A stretch of DNA of 63,981 nt, from assembly GCA_009103225.1 (NCBI GenBank), contig RHPI01002568.1, forward strand, positions 261,742 to 325,722. Reading direction: 5' to 3'. Below, piece after piece: positions 26,241 to 40,500 of this stretch (position 1 is the first letter of the stretch; each line of letters opens with the position of its first letter). Origin of the DNA: Chlorokybus atmophyticus (Eukaryota; Plantae; Mesostigma and Chlorokybus algae). The notes below the pieces were generated by a model. That model did no database searches, was not told the origin of the DNA, and saw only the letters and a program-made list of their open reading frames with translations. The position numbers were made by a program, and so were the translations under genes.

Positions 26241-28873
26241 TTAGGCAGCGAGTGTGGTAGCGCTGAGCTTGTCAGCAATCCGCTTCAGCTGCGTTCTATT
26301 GGTTGTGACATCCGCATCAAGCCCAGCATCAAGCTTCTTTCTTTGATCGTGTGTGAGCACGGGTCCCGGTTTCGTCTTCACCCTCTTTGTCACAATATCA
26401 CTCCTGTCATCAGACGGGACTCGTTTCTCCAAATAAGCAAACATCTCCTCGAGGCAATCATCCTCGGGGCCGAGGCCGATCCAGCAGCCTCATCTGCAGA
26501 AGTTTTCTATCGACAACAGCGAGGGTATTCCTCAGCGCGGTGGTTTCAGCTGCAAAACCTTCGATATCTAGTGCACGACGATGCGCTAAGGTTCTGTTCT
26601 CCTCTTTGGCTTTGGTCAGTTTCGACTCCAGGACAGATGTCCGCTCCTCGTATTGATGTATAACAGCTGTCTCTCGCGGATATGCACGTCACGCCGATGA
26701 ATCTCCTGTTCACTTGCGGATATCCGCGACTTGTGCTCTTTGTGCATTGTCTCCTTCAGCGCGTGCGTCGCCAACTCAATATCGCTCTCAAGCTCAGCCA
26801 ATCGCAGCTGCTTCTGCTCTCCACTGCTCTCAGTTGATGATGATTTCAGCTCCACACGCTTCTTGATGTACTCACGTATGTGCTCCACAACCTCGTTGCA
26901 CGTAGAAGGCAAGCTATGTTGGTGTTGCAAACACAACACCAACTTCAGACTTGATCCAACATGCACCCAACATGCATGTGCATACAACCCAACACTACCT
27001 GTATGCTCTCCAGTGCTTTGTGTTCCATCTGCAGTTGCTCGTTGCTTGCGCGCAGGGCGTCACACTCGGTAGACAACCGCTCACATGCTTCCGTCCGCTC
27101 TTGCAGCTCTTTCGCCACGTCTCGCTTCAATGCAACATATAATCTGTGGACAAACGTGTGTGCGCCTGTGCGTATATGAGTATGTGAGTGGTGACAGTCT
27201 GCACCGCGTGTTGGTCACTCTAATTGCAGTCACACCTTTGGTTGTTTGCTGCAGGACGTCCTCGCGCTTGCTGAGCTTGTCACTCAACTCCTGCAATGCC
27301 ATCCCCAAGCAGCATCAGCCATCTTGCATCAATAGCAATCACCAACCAACTACTTCACACTTATTGCACTAGGCACAATCAAGTTCATACCACCCACCTT
27401 GCTTGCACAACACAGGACTAACACACGTAGCAATGGCTACCTTTATAATGTCTTTGTCTCTGGCAGCTCTGCTCTCCTCCTCCTGCTCGCGAATCCTTCT
27501 ATCCTCCATCAATGCAGCCACGCACTCATTCATGAACTGCGTTCATCAAGTCCACACACAACAACACGAGTCAACATCACCAAAGCTTATAAACGCTCCC
27601 CACATGCACACACATGTACTACAACTTACCGTGTCATGAAGCTGAGCCAGCAGAGACTCCATGCGCAGCAGCAGCGTCTCCGCATTGTTGGTGGGAAGAT
27701 ACACCGTGCGCACGCGATCAATGGACGGACCCCTCACCGAGCTGCTTATATAACCAATAAACCAACAAGCTTTTGGTATGTGATGTGGCAGTGTTGTGCA
27801 AAGTAGTACATACAAGTAACCCAACCTGTCTTCAGGCACGGCTGCTTGCTCCGGACGCCGCTTCTGCGCGCATTCGGCCTTCAGCTGCTGCTTGACCAGA
27901 GGCTAATTGAAACATAGAAACTCCTCCAGCTGTTGAAGCAATACAATACACCTTCAATTAATCTTTACTCGAGTGGACAAGTGATTACTGCCCTCATCTA
28001 CTATTAATGTAATGTAATTCTGCCAACCTTCCTGCGGTTTTCTATGATCTGCAGCTTGAGCTCATCTTTCTCCCCTTGCAGAGACAGCAGCCGTTCCCTC
28101 TCTTCAAACAAGAAAGTGTGTGCAACGCTCAACGCCTGTTGTGTTGTATTATCCCCATTCGGCTCACAGCAACCGCACAACAAACACACATGCGCGGTTG
28201 CACACACGCACACACACGTGCACATGCACATGCATGTGTTACCTTTTGCAGCTCGCTGAGTTCGGCTGCGCGTTTGTGGGCCTCCCAGTTGGCGCGGTGT
28301 AGCTCCTCACGCGTGGTTGTGCACGCCTCCACACGTGCAAGCAACTCTGCTCGCTTGGCATCAATTATAACGCCGCTGCAGTAGTGTTATCACTAGCTGT
28401 TGTTGTTGCAATGGACGTGCATGAACTGAACATTGTGGTACTACAATCACTACTTTTTGTGCTAAGTAGGGGTTTGCGACCATGAACGATGTGCATTGCA
28501 GTCTAGCTGTGTGTCTTCTTACGTGCGCTGAGGACCCATAAGCGTTCTGGTTGTTGGCCACATGATAGCATGAGAGCAGTGTTGTTACAGACTGCATGTG
28601 CATGTGTACATGTACAGTCGCCACAATAGCTTCGGATTCTGGATGTATGCACTTAACTTGTTGCAAGTTCGCTGGGCAGTGAGCTTTAACTCTACTACTA
28701 GAAGAGTAGTTTCTCACAACTGAGGTGCCAAACATAAATGCGAAAGGTCAGCTGGTATTGCGGACACGTACTGAAGGTAGATTGACACAGTTGAAACTCA
28801 GTCTCATTCTCACACCAAGTCTCTCCCGGTAGAACGCCACCAGTGCAGAGGAAGGCGGCGCCTCAGCCGTCAT
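26241..28873 (-). CDS. CCDC77: CCDC77-like coiled-coil protein (apparent +1 frameshift near 26475)
   Basis: Start MTAEAPPSSALVAFYRERL. Exons include ALSVAHTFLFEERERLLSLQGEKDELKLQIIENRRK, TLLLRMESLLAQL and HRRALDIEGF, which I recognise as resembling CCDC77 family blocks. Confidence 0.65.
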
Positions 28874-29159
28874 AACTGACTGATCCCTCACCTCCACCGT
28901 GCCAATCCTTAGAGAACCACCCCGCCCACCCCTACACGCACCTCACCGCCGCCGCCACCTGCATGTAGCCGTTCAATGTAGGGCTGAACACAGCCGATAT
29001 CAATCAGCAATGGGGCTTACGGGGACTTTGTCACTTTGCTCGATCGGATATCGGAGGCTTTTTGTAAGTTTGAAAATGCTTTTGCGCGCATATTTCCCTC
29101 AGTTTTGCCGGCATTTCTGTCCTGCGGCGGCGGCGGCGACGCCGGTGGAGGGGGCGGCG

Positions 29160-30689
29160 ATGAAGGTGTCGTTGGGGAGCGCTGAGGAGCTGGTGAGGTT
29201 GGAAGAGGCGCTTAGTAGGGCGCTGGGTGAGGCGGCGGTGGCTCAGGGGTCAGGCCGGGAGGGGGAGCAGCACCACAGGCAACACAAGGGTTCCACCGCT
29301 GAGGTGCTGGCGTTACGCCTGCAGCAGGTCGCCGCCGCTGTCCTTGCCAAGATACGCCGCAACGTCCTTGTGGACGGCAAGGAGCTCCGGGGGGAGGGGG
29401 GAGATGGTCAGGAGGACAAGGATGAGGGTAGGGTAGAAAATGCACAGCCCCTGCAAGGTGCGAGCATTGAAGCGCACACACACACACACACGCACACGCG
29501 CATGTGTCCACGTGACATGAACACCCTCACATGTGTACGCATGCAGTCTCGTGCACACGCATGCATGCACGCACCCCAGTCACAATGTGTGTTTGCGTGC
29601 ATGAGCACGCGTGCCCACACCCACCCACATCATGTCATTGTCCATGCCTGCGTTGTTGGTGACCAGGCGAAGAAGAGGAGCTCAATGCGCCAGAGCAACG
29701 CAGCAAGTTGGCCAGATGTGATGCTTCTGATGTGCCTGCTGAAACCGACGTGCAACTCCAGAAGCTTCAGGAAGAGGTAAAGCAAACACACACCTGCACT
29801 ATCTTCTTGTTTTTGCGTGCCAAATTTAGTATGTGTGTGTTATTGTTACTGTACTACTTTTCGCTTGCAGGTGAAGCGATTGTCGGCGATGGTGGCGAAC
29901 CACAGAGCCACAGTGCCTTTGATGCTAAAGAGCAAACTACAGGAGCACCTCGCCGCCGCTCGCATGGACAACAACTCTGGTATGTATTTCACGACAACAG
30001 CAGCAGCAGCAATCGTCTAGCATCTACTTGCAACAACTTGCATGGGAACCACAGAGAGAAAAGGGTTTTTCCTTTTTGGCATTGCTGTGCAGAGTCGGAG
30101 TCACCAGCAGCAAGGGACTACCAGCAAGACAACGGCAGCGCTCATGCAGAACTTCAGAGCCCCTTACCTGGCCTGGCACAGCGCTATGCAAGTAAGCATG
30201 CCAAAGCTTCACAACACTATCATTGGTAGAATGAGACAACAGCCTTCACAACAAGCACACGCACGCACGCGTGTATGCGTACGTGTGTGTGCGCACGCCC
30301 ACACATGCACGCCTACACGCGCCCTTACCTATGCATGCACGCGCCTGTGTACACACACAAACAGGCACGAAACATCTGCGCGCACGCACAACTACGCACA
30401 CATCCACGCGCACATCCACTGCCGTTGCACAGGTGCTAGCGATCAGATCCCCGTCTTGCGGGAAAGGCTGTCTGCTGCAATGAACAAGATGGAGCGCGTG
30501 GTGACGGCCATTGACGAGGCCGAGGTCAAGGACAAGCAGCAACCAAAGGACATCAACAACATCAACAACAGAATCTCCATAGAGCAGCTGGTGGCTGAGG
30601 AGGACCACACCGGAGAACACACGCATGTCATGGCTGCTGCGGACCGGACTCGCCGCCAGCTGGCACAGCATCTGCGGTCGTATCGATGA
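29160..30689 (+). CDS. Coiled-coil protein, possibly Mis12-complex subunit Nsl1/Mis14-like
   Basis: Spliced coding blocks MKVSLGSAEELVRLEEAL...KIRRNVLVDG, LQKLQEE|VKRLSAMVANHRATVPLMLKSKL and LRERLSAAMNKMERVV. The gene is well supported; the family call is a weak motif impression. Confidence 0.55.
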
Positions 30690-32383
30690 TGATAGTAGTG
30701 GTTATGCTACTGCTAGTCTTTGCGTGTTATGCTGTGGGATTGTATACTACGTGGTATTGAGGGTGTTTTGCTGATGACTTTGCGAGCTTGTGAGTGTGCT
30801 GAGGTGGATAAACGCATACTGCAGCTTGCTACCAGTTACAAATCACAAGTCGTGGACTATGCACCTGAATGAGTCTTCTGCACAAGGCACACTAATACCC
30901 GCATGCCACCACCAAACTAGACTGTTTTTTGCTGAGTGCTGATTATGGAAGAGAGACCAACATACATGGTAAGGCTATAGTGTAAAACAAAGTGTCACAC
31001 GCATTGTTGGACACGCACCGTAGCATAGGAGACCGGCTGCTAGGACATGTGACTCCATGCAACTAGCGGAGGCGCAGAGGCAGGGGAGGATGAAGGTGAA
31101 GGGCCCATGGCCATCCTGCGCAACGACGTGTTCATTCAACTCACTCCATACAAGTGTGCACCTTTTTACGTGCTCACAAGCGTTTCGAGTATGACATTGT
31201 ATGTATGTAAATGGTAATGAAATTTTTGACACGTGCACTAGTTGGCGAATGGCAGCATGTCAAACTAAGTAAAGAATGTTAAAACAGCGAAGCATGTTAC
31301 TGAGTGAGACATGCTTTGTTTCTAGGAGGAGTTGTAATCGCATCTACAAATATGGTAGGTCACAAGCAATATGACATTGATAATCATATAGCATCATTGC
31401 CTTGATGCACCAAACTCCACATTTATCATTCTTACGTTGTCCAACATGGTCTTGGAAAGTGCAATGTGCATGACATGACATTAACATGGCGCCTTCATGA
31501 TTGTAGCGCTACGATCAATAATGTGTAATACAATAACAAAAATGCTGCATGCAACTCATCTCGTATTGACATTGTTGTGAGTAGGCCGCATACAGTCACT
31601 GAAATGCGCATGCAATAGAGATATCGTAATCTATGCACTACTTCTTGCACACTGTAGCTGTGTGTCATGCACCACTCGCATGTGAAATGGAACAAATTCA
31701 TGCGTGTGTAACAACGTGTTGCAATCGTCACCATACATATAGTGCGTGCTTGCATTCTGAGTCCGTAGCTGAGCAAGTACCAGCAGCAAACGAAGAAGTT
31801 ACTGTCACATGGGTTGGCCCAAACCTTTGCACATAAGAAGCATTGAACTACATCACCATGGGTAGGCGAGCTTGTAGCACCTTAAAGCCCAATACCACAC
31901 TCACAGTCCGCGTGTGTGCAAGCAAACCCACCATGTATGGCAAGTGAACCAAGCAAAGGTCAAGTGTGAAAAGGTCAAGTAATGTAAGTAGTAGCATGGC
32001 CACATCATATATGCTATTTCAGGACTGACTGTGTCAAGTTGACATACTACTAGGACTGGCTGTGATTTTGTCAGATAGATGTCCAATGAGTGCACTTGAC
32101 ATCTCAGTAACGTTTGCTTGCACTGTGCTTGAGAACAAGTTGACAGCAATAACCGCAAATGCAAAGACTGCGGGCTGATTGACCCCGTCCATGCATGCGG
32201 CAGCGGCGGCGGCGGCGGCTGCAGCAGCGGCGGAGGCGGTGCTGCCTGACGCCATTGTCTACAACCAGCATGCCACGTCGCTAGTGTAGCCTGATCAGGC
32301 CGGGGCCAATGCGACAAGCCTAGCGGAGTCCTCTCTGATAAGGCCAGGCCGCGCGAGGCCAGGCCAGGCCAGGTCAGGCCAGC

Positions 32384-35300
32384 ATGGCGCACGGTCGGAC
32401 TTGGGTGTTCCTGGCAGGCCTGGCGGTGGGCTGGCTGCAGGCCAGAGCAACATGCACGCGCAGGTGCGGCATTGTAATCAGGCCAATCCCTACGTTTTCA
32501 CCGTTTCATGCTCGCATATCATGCATTGCTGCGACAACACACACACATGCCGGTGCACACTGCACATTGTAATGTAGGTGTCAACATTCGCATGCAACCC
32601 AAGTTAGTCAGAGACAATCAACCAACCCAAGCATGCAAGCAGATTGCGTAGAAAACCAGCAGCACAACAAATAGCTCATCCAACACCTACTCCCACACAA
32701 CCAACAACCAGCAAACAACAGCCAGCCAACCCCAACACAATCCCGGCCCACCCAGCACAATGTGACCAATGTGACCATCAAACCTGGCCTTTCACACGCA
32801 ACATCACACAAACACCAATCCACCCACCCCAACCCCAACCCCAACACCAACACTCCCCCTCCCAGATTCCGTCGCAAGCTCCGCGTGTTGACGCGTGCGC
32901 GTGCCACCGCGGCCGCCCTTTCCGTCAGCACGGCCGGTCCCAGCGAGCTGTCCCTCGTGCTGGGGTCGCTGCCCGCCTGGGTCAAGTTCCCGGACTACGA
33001 GAAGGCGGAGTGGCTGAATTACGCTTGGAGGGAGCTGTGGCCGCTCATGTGGGAAGGTGGGGTGGTGGTGGATGTGTGCCTGCAGGTTGCAAGCACACGC
33101 GCGCACTCATGCGAACGTACACACGCAGAGGCACACGCACATGTGCACATGCATGCGCATTGCCCAGACCACATGCACGCACATTACACTCGCTCACACG
33201 TTCACACACATATGTACATACAGATATGCGTACACCTCTTTCACTCAGTTTGCTCTCACTCTCACTCTCACTCTCACCCTCATTCGCACCGTCACTGTCA
33301 CTCTCACTCGTCTGTCGTCTGTCGTTATCTCCAGACACCTGCTCCTTCCTGTCTGCCCGTTTCGAGGAGTTGATGGAGCAGCACCGTCCCCCCCTCATCT
33401 CCTCCCTCACGTTCGCGCGTTTCGACGTCGGCACCAAGCCCCCGCTCATCACGGGAGTCAAGCACTACGCCACGGGGGATATAGGGGTCATGTACGACGT
33501 GGATGTCAAGTGGGTCGGGGACCAGGTGGGTGGGTGGTGTGCATGCGTGCGTGCGTGCGCGTGTCATGTGTGTGTGCCGTGTGGGTACAGCAACAGACTC
33601 TGTATTATTGTTGTGTTGTGCAGTCTGTGTCGCTTCGTGTGCGGAGAGGCTCGCTCTCCTTAACTGTCGGCGTCTGCGACATCCAGTTTCAGGTGAAGAC
33701 ACTTTGGCGTCTGTGCAACTAATGTCATGAAACATGTGGTTGCACTGTGCAACACTTACACACACGTGCTCACAAACACGGCCGTGCATGCACAAGCATA
33801 CGCACGCTCACTCACATGTGCACACACGCGTAACTATCCATACACTTGCAGCCACACGCACACGGATGCGCATACGCGCGTACGCAATGCACACACCCAC
33901 ACTCCAACACGCAGGGGCTCGTCCGCGTGGTTCTGAAGCCGCTGATGCCTGTCAAGCCATTCCTGGGAGCAATATCCTTCTCCTTCATGCAAGTAAGAAC
34001 GACATCCAATCCAACAGTCATATCTCTACATGTAACACACCTAGCTGAGATCATAGTGTCCTTCTCTCTCCACAACAGCCGCCCAACATAGACTTTGACC
34101 TCGTGGGCGTCACGGACTCGTTCCCTCTGCTGGAAGAAACCATTCGCGCACACATCATCGACCAGCTCTCCGCCCACTTCCTGTGGCCCAAAGCCTTCAA
34201 CATGAACTTTAAGGTAAGGTGTTGTGGTTGTGATGTGTGCACAACCACACTCGTTGTCATGTGTCCAACGCTGTCTCGCTGTATTGGTCAAGCCAGTAGG
34301 TCAATCAGTAGATCAATTAGTCAATCGGGGGTCCAGTAACAACCGAATGACTGCTTGTTCTACTGATTGGTTTACTGACGGATAGTGCGTGTGTGTGTGC
34401 TTGTGCGTGTCCGTGTGTGTCGTATGGTATGTGGGTATGTGGGTGTGTGCGTATGTGTGTGCTTTTGCGTGTGTATATGTGCAGGTGAGTGAGGTGAAGG
34501 ACTTGAATTTGCCTTCGGGCATACTCACGCTGAATCTGGCCGGTGCGAGTGGGGTGCGGAGGCGAAGATCATCTTTGATGATACTCTCTGCACTCGGTGG
34601 CTCCACGCTCGACGTGTACGTTGTGGTGAAGCTGAAGAAACGCACGGACAACAACAACGATCCCCACAAAAACAGAAACAAGTCTGGCCGGCAGAGGCGT
34701 GAGAGCAATGCGCTGAAACTCATGGAAGAGGAGCCGATATCGGAGTCATTGTTGGCAGCAGAGTGGCCCAGAAAGGAGTCCTTTCGCTTTGTCGTGGACG
34801 ATATCCGCGAGCAAGCCGTCCGATTGAAGATGTACAGCAAGTCTTCTTATAGATCCGACACGCTTATCGGCACCTGTGACGCGGATATCGCATCCCTACT
34901 TGCTGGCGAAGGTGGTGATATCCCACCAATACACCCCTTTGAGCTCGATATCACCGACCCTGCCCATGAGGACGATGACAATGTTGATGACGATGGCGAC
35001 GATAACAGCAATGTGGGCAGTATTCACGGCTCGTGCTCGTTCGCACCCTTCAAAGACATCCCAACAACAACAGAGGATGAAAATGATGTTCAACATCCCA
35101 ACAACAACAACAACAGTGAGGAGGAGGCCACAGTTGCAAACAACCATCATGTGGATGATGCGGTCAACAAGGTCGGGGCGCTCTTTGTCAAGTTTGACAA
35201 AGCGAGGATAGAACCTGGGAGTGCCTCGACGGTGTGTTGCCGGCTGCGTGTTGGGAGAGGGAAAGGGGGCAAAGAGGATGCTGTTGATGGAGATGGCAAA

Positions 35301-35839
35301 AGCAAAAACACTAGTGAGTGGCGGAAGACTAGCAGTGTCAAGGCGGTGGCGGATCCGGCCTGGCTTGAAGAGTTCACGTTCATCCTTGACGGGTAAGCGA
35401 TGTGCACCCATGTGTGCGCGCGCACGCATGCCTGCAAGCGTGCATGTGCGTGTGCGCACTTGTGCATATGCGCATGTAGGCACGTGGGTGTGTGCGCGTG
35501 CGCAAGCATGCATGCGTGTGTCTGTGCATGCGTACAAGTTTGTGGGAGCATGCATATGTGTACATGCATGTGCGTCTATGTGTGCACGCATTGTGATGAC
35601 AGAACACATAGTATGAAACCTTACACGATACTCCCACGTGCACGCACAGGTTGACTGAGCCTCTGGAGGTGTGCGTCGTGGACACGAGTTTCTTCAGCGG
35701 TGGCACTGTGCTGGGCACTGCGGTGGTGCCGCTGCAGCACCTGGCCCACGCGGGCGGGCGCGCCATCCAGGAGGACTTCCCGTTCACGGACCACAGACCG
35801 GGATCCATCAACCTCGCGCTGCGGTGGCTAAGCACGTGA
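32384..35839 (+). CDS. Synaptotagmin-like lipid-transfer protein (N-terminal TM, SMP domain, two C2 domains)
   Basis: LPAWVKFPDYEKAEWLN, ITGVK, GLVRVVLKPLMPVKPFLGAISFSF, PNIDFDL, and C2-like DPAWLEEFTF and DTLIGTCD. Confidence 0.9.
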
Positions 35840-36394
35840 TCGGATGATAGTGGGTTGGAGGTATGGGCGTGTGTGATGTGTGTGATGTGGGAATTGTTAG
35901 GTCATGGGCAAGTGGCGGGATGTGACGTCCAGTTTTGTGGGTGGGGATTGTTGCAGCAGCACTTTGCTGCTGTAGAATGTGTTGCACAATTGGCACGTTA
36001 CACTGTTGACTCGTTGAGTGGTATTGTACATTGTTGTTATGTTGACATGCAAGTAGGCAAGCTGCAAGAAAAATGAGTGACATTGGTGTTCATGAAAGAC
36101 ACCACATGCACTTTCGGTGTGTGTGTGTAGTGGTAAATGTTTGTCTTGTACAATGCCCAATGGAAAAGAAGCACACCTCACTGCAGGCATCAGTGCACTG
36201 AGTCAGTAATGGAGGTCAAAGCAATGGTTGTACTGCAGGCCAGTCTATTTGCCGCAACACAAAAGAATGCTCTCGTTATCAGCTAACTAACCCTACCACA
36301 ATACATTGCACTACAACCAATAGTAGGTCCCTAAAGTATACTATTACAATAGCAATCCTCTTGAAAGCATACCAACCAACACCTATCAACCGTC

Positions 36395-37207
36395 CTAGAA
36401 GCGCACCCAACAGCGGTTGCACTCCCCAGCACAGTCCCCACCACAATCGAAGTTGTAGCCCAACACCTGTCCATGACACACAACACAACAAATCAGCTCA
36501 CAACACACAACCACTGTAACTGACGTATATCCATGTCATAGCCAATGTCATTGTCGTTGTCCTTGTGACTGTTGGTGTCACGCATGTACCTGGGGCTGGC
36601 GTTTGACAACTGCCTTGGCTGCTGCTGCTCCCTTCACAAACCACCTTTCTGCGAGTGTCTGAATTGCAGCTCTTAGCTGCGCGTCCACATCCATGGCGAG
36701 CATCTCCGGGAACTTCTTCACGACAGCGGCGACGTCGGCGGGGGTGAGGGCGAGATCCGTCTCCAGAAAGGAGAGCACGTTGTCCACGTGGGCAGGCTCA
36801 GGCGTGGCGTCAACCAGAGACTCGCGCCAGTAGGCCGGAGAACCCCACCCAAAAGCCCTCGCTACCAAGAGCTCCGCCGCCTCCGCCGATGACAAGGACG
36901 AGGACGGTGACTCTATCCCTGTCGTTCTGGACATCAGTAGCTCCGCTGATGCTCTCAGCGCCGCCCTTTGATCTGGTGCCATGGCGGCGATCCTATCGGC
37001 CAGCTTAGCGGGCTTCTTCTTGCTGCTCTCCTCCGTCGCCGCTGGTGCGGCCGTCTCGGCTGCCGCCGACATGCATGCCGCCGACCTCCGCGGCCTGTAT
37101 CCCTTCCTAACGGTGGATGTGTGAGAAGACGTTGATGGCATGGACGTGCTGCATGTTGACAACGCCACCATCCTCCCTGCCGCCGCCGCCGCCGCCGCCG
37201 CCGCCAT
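36395..37207 (-). CDS. mTERF-like organellar protein (two exons: 37207-36590, 36466-36395)
   Basis: Ala/Ser/Thr/Arg-rich transit-peptide-like N-terminus, AFGWGSPAYWR and VKKFPEMLAMD. A phase-0 GT-AG splice gives RQPQ|VLGYNFDCGGDCAGECNRCWVRF*, which I recall as typical of a green-lineage mTERF-like family. Confidence 0.85.
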
Positions 37208-37565
37208 TGCCAGTTCTGTGCAGACAGATGCCCACGTGGACAACGCTGGCAACGGATAGCATTGTCCACGCAGAGGTGGTCTGAACCGGTTCCAACCAGG
37301 CACGCGAGTGAATCTTTGAAGAGGTTCTGCTGATCCCGCGTGACCCCGGTGGTGTCACGTGAGGTCACGACTGATCTGTATGCAGAAGCCACTTGGCAGC
37401 ACTTTTGGGTGCTGCGAATGGAGGCAATGTCACTCAGTACTACACCAGTCGTATCGCTACATGACGTAAGTTGCTTGTTGAGCCCGCAATACCAACTTTT
37501 TTTGAGGTCACTTGTCATACTTCATGCATGCCTCCATTGACACTTGTAGTGAAACGTGCCAGTGT

Positions 37566-40500
37566 TTACTGCGTGTTTGATCGCAATGATGCGTGTTCAC
37601 AGCCAAAGTACTTCTGCGCAAGGGCTCTGGCGACCCCAATACTATCTCCGTTCGGGTGCGTAGGCTCATCAAACTCCTTGTGCTGCCACCACAACTCAAA
37701 CGCGCTCACCCTCGCTTCATACTCCGTTTCATTCCACGCCAACCCCTTTTGCGCAGCGTCAACTATGGAGTCAATAAACGACTTCCATCTCGGGAGGTAG
37801 TATCCACTGACCAAACCGCCCCATTGCTTTGATGCATAATCGGACACTTCGCCTCGAATGGGACCCCAAAGAGTGATTTGATTCCGGGCTTGATATAAGA
37901 AAAGGGAAGTCATATTGCCACGGCCAGTGGCGATATCAGCGATACCGGCATTGTTATCGCTGCATCTGATTGCATCTGCCAGCCAGTTGCCCAACAAAAA
38001 GTGTTTTGATGTGGACAACAGTGTGTCAATATCGGCAATGAGCTCGGTCATGCGTTGGCCGGCTTCCTCCAGCTTAGATATCAGGGTTGGGGAGTTTGAT
38101 ATCAATGCGTTGCCAAGTGCGCTGGTGTTTCTGGCAATGGATATAAACTCCTCGTGCAAGCGCATGAAGTGGCTGCTCAGACACTGCCGACCTATGTCCA
38201 CTGCATCGTGGCGATATCCAGGAGTAGTGGGAGATATAGTATTGCCTTGCTTTGTTGGTAAGAAACTGCACCATGCAGCCTGCGATGCATGACATCACAT
38301 CAGCCCATGTGCGGCAAACACATGACATCACACACACCCGCACGCATACTTATACACACATACACGGACACACATATGCACGCCCACGCCCACACGCACG
38401 CATGCACGCGCACGCATACACGTATACTCACACATGCACCCACACACATCATGACCACACGTATTCGTTACCTCCAACAAAGCCGGGTCATAGGTCAGTT
38501 CCGTCGGCATAAACCCCGTCCGTTTCATCTCCACCGCCGGTCGTATCTCCACATAACTCTTCGTCACACCTCCCACCGCGCGCGTGGCATTGTACGGCCC
38601 CGGGAGCAACATCTCCCACGCAATTTCACACCCCCCACATGGCCCGTACCGCCGACGCGCGTAGTCCCGAACCCACTGTGACACATTGACACCATCTCCA
38701 AGTTTCCCACTCGTCCACGCGGTCTCGGCAGCCAACTCGTAGATGATGTAGTTCTGGTTGATGCCTTCCATAGTCAAACCGATGCCGGTGAGGCCGGGGC
38801 CGGCATGTTGTAAGGCATTGTGAGGACCTGCATAGAGAGCGTGAGTGGTGGGAGAGAGTGCTGTGGGTGGCATATGTTGGGTTGCACTGCAACGAAGCTT
38901 GTGGATATGGAATTGCAATAATAGCGACAACACTAACAGCAACAACGACAGCAACGACAGCAAGTATGACAAGCACAACAGGCACAACAACAACCACGAC
39001 CACAACAGCAACCACAACCACAGTAACCACCGCAACGACAACAACTGATCACCGTTTCCCACCGTCTCCAAGTCCCCGCTCATCCCCACATTTCCCCCGA
39101 AGTTGTGCAGCACGCAGTACGCCCACTCGTGTCCCGCAAAGGGCTTTGTGTGGGGACCCAGTCGTCTCGTCCACTGGGGTCGCGCCTCGGCGTAGAGGTC
39201 CAGCACGAGAAGGCGGCCAGTTGGGACACCAGACAGAAAAGCAAGCACCTGACGTTGGGAGAGACAGACGTGTGTAGAAGTGTGCATGTGTGTTGTACAG
39301 GTCGTGTGATACCACAACACGTACTTGTTCATCGCCCCACGTGTCGGGATCGTACGCGAAGAACCAGCCTTGCATGACCCAGATAGCCTGCGGGTCCGCT
39401 GCAATCAACGCTTTATACACCTGCATGATCATGACAAAAGTTTTTGATTGCATGCCCACAACAACAACAACAGTGACACTTATGCTCACCGAGCGGCTGA
39501 TATTTCGTATATATTCGGGGTCGCGAGAGCGCGGTTTCAGTTCATTGAAGAGGTCAATCTGGTAATAATGACTCATGAGTCGCTCCCCATAAAGCCGCCT
39601 CTGCTCCGCTATCACCGCCGCGAGGATATTCGCGAACAACGGAGCCGTCGGCTCGACGAAATCGACACAACAGTACGGCTCTTCAAACCCATTCCAAGCC
39701 GATGAAGCCGATATCCGCGACTCTTTTATGATATCCTTCATCTCCTTTGGCACGAAGCCGCTGAAAGCAGGGAATATCGGCGTCATGCCGAAATCGCTCA
39801 TGCGGGAGAGTATCGTGAGTTGGAGTTCAAGTTGGCGTGTGTAAAAGTTGTCCCAAAGAGGAGTGTGGGTGTGTTGTTGTTGTTGTTGTTGTTGTTGTCC
39901 ACCCCATGTGCCTTGGATGTTGCCCATGCGGCCCCATGCGGCAAAGGCCGGACCCGTGAAGAAACGAGAGAGGGCGCGGGAAGATATGTTGTAGGGTGGC
40001 TGTTGAAACACCCGAGCCCAGATGTACTCCTGCAGCAGAGAGTGTGTCTATGTGTGTGTGGCTGCGTGCGCTTGTGCTATGTGACCACTGTGTATGTTTG
40101 GCATGATATCAATAGTGAGACAGAGATGTTGACAGCAGCACGACTACTTTACAGTCAACACACCCACAGCACAAACGCTGCTGCTCACTGGTCGACAGAC
40201 AGACAGACAGACAGCGAGAGAGAAGCAAAGAAGACACAACAATTAGTGACATCACCACCACTCGCCTGGCCGACGGGAGCAAGGGGCATGTTAATGCCGT
40301 TGGCGGCCATCCAATCCAGCTCCCGCTCCCACCGCGCCCACTCCCACCACACGAAGCTGTAGCTGCACGCACACGTACACAGTCACACAACCGCAGCCCC
40401 TCCCTGCCATCAGCCAACACACACATAGACTCATGCACGCAATGGGCGCGAGTGTCCGCACCCACCCATCTGGACGTTCGCACACACGCGCATTTGCACA

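Noticed and set aside
31000-32255. Possible small minus-strand gene starting MASGSTASAAAA, divergent from the synaptotagmin-like gene
   Set aside because: I could not assemble consistent exons or recognise a domain. It may be real; RNA-seq would decide.
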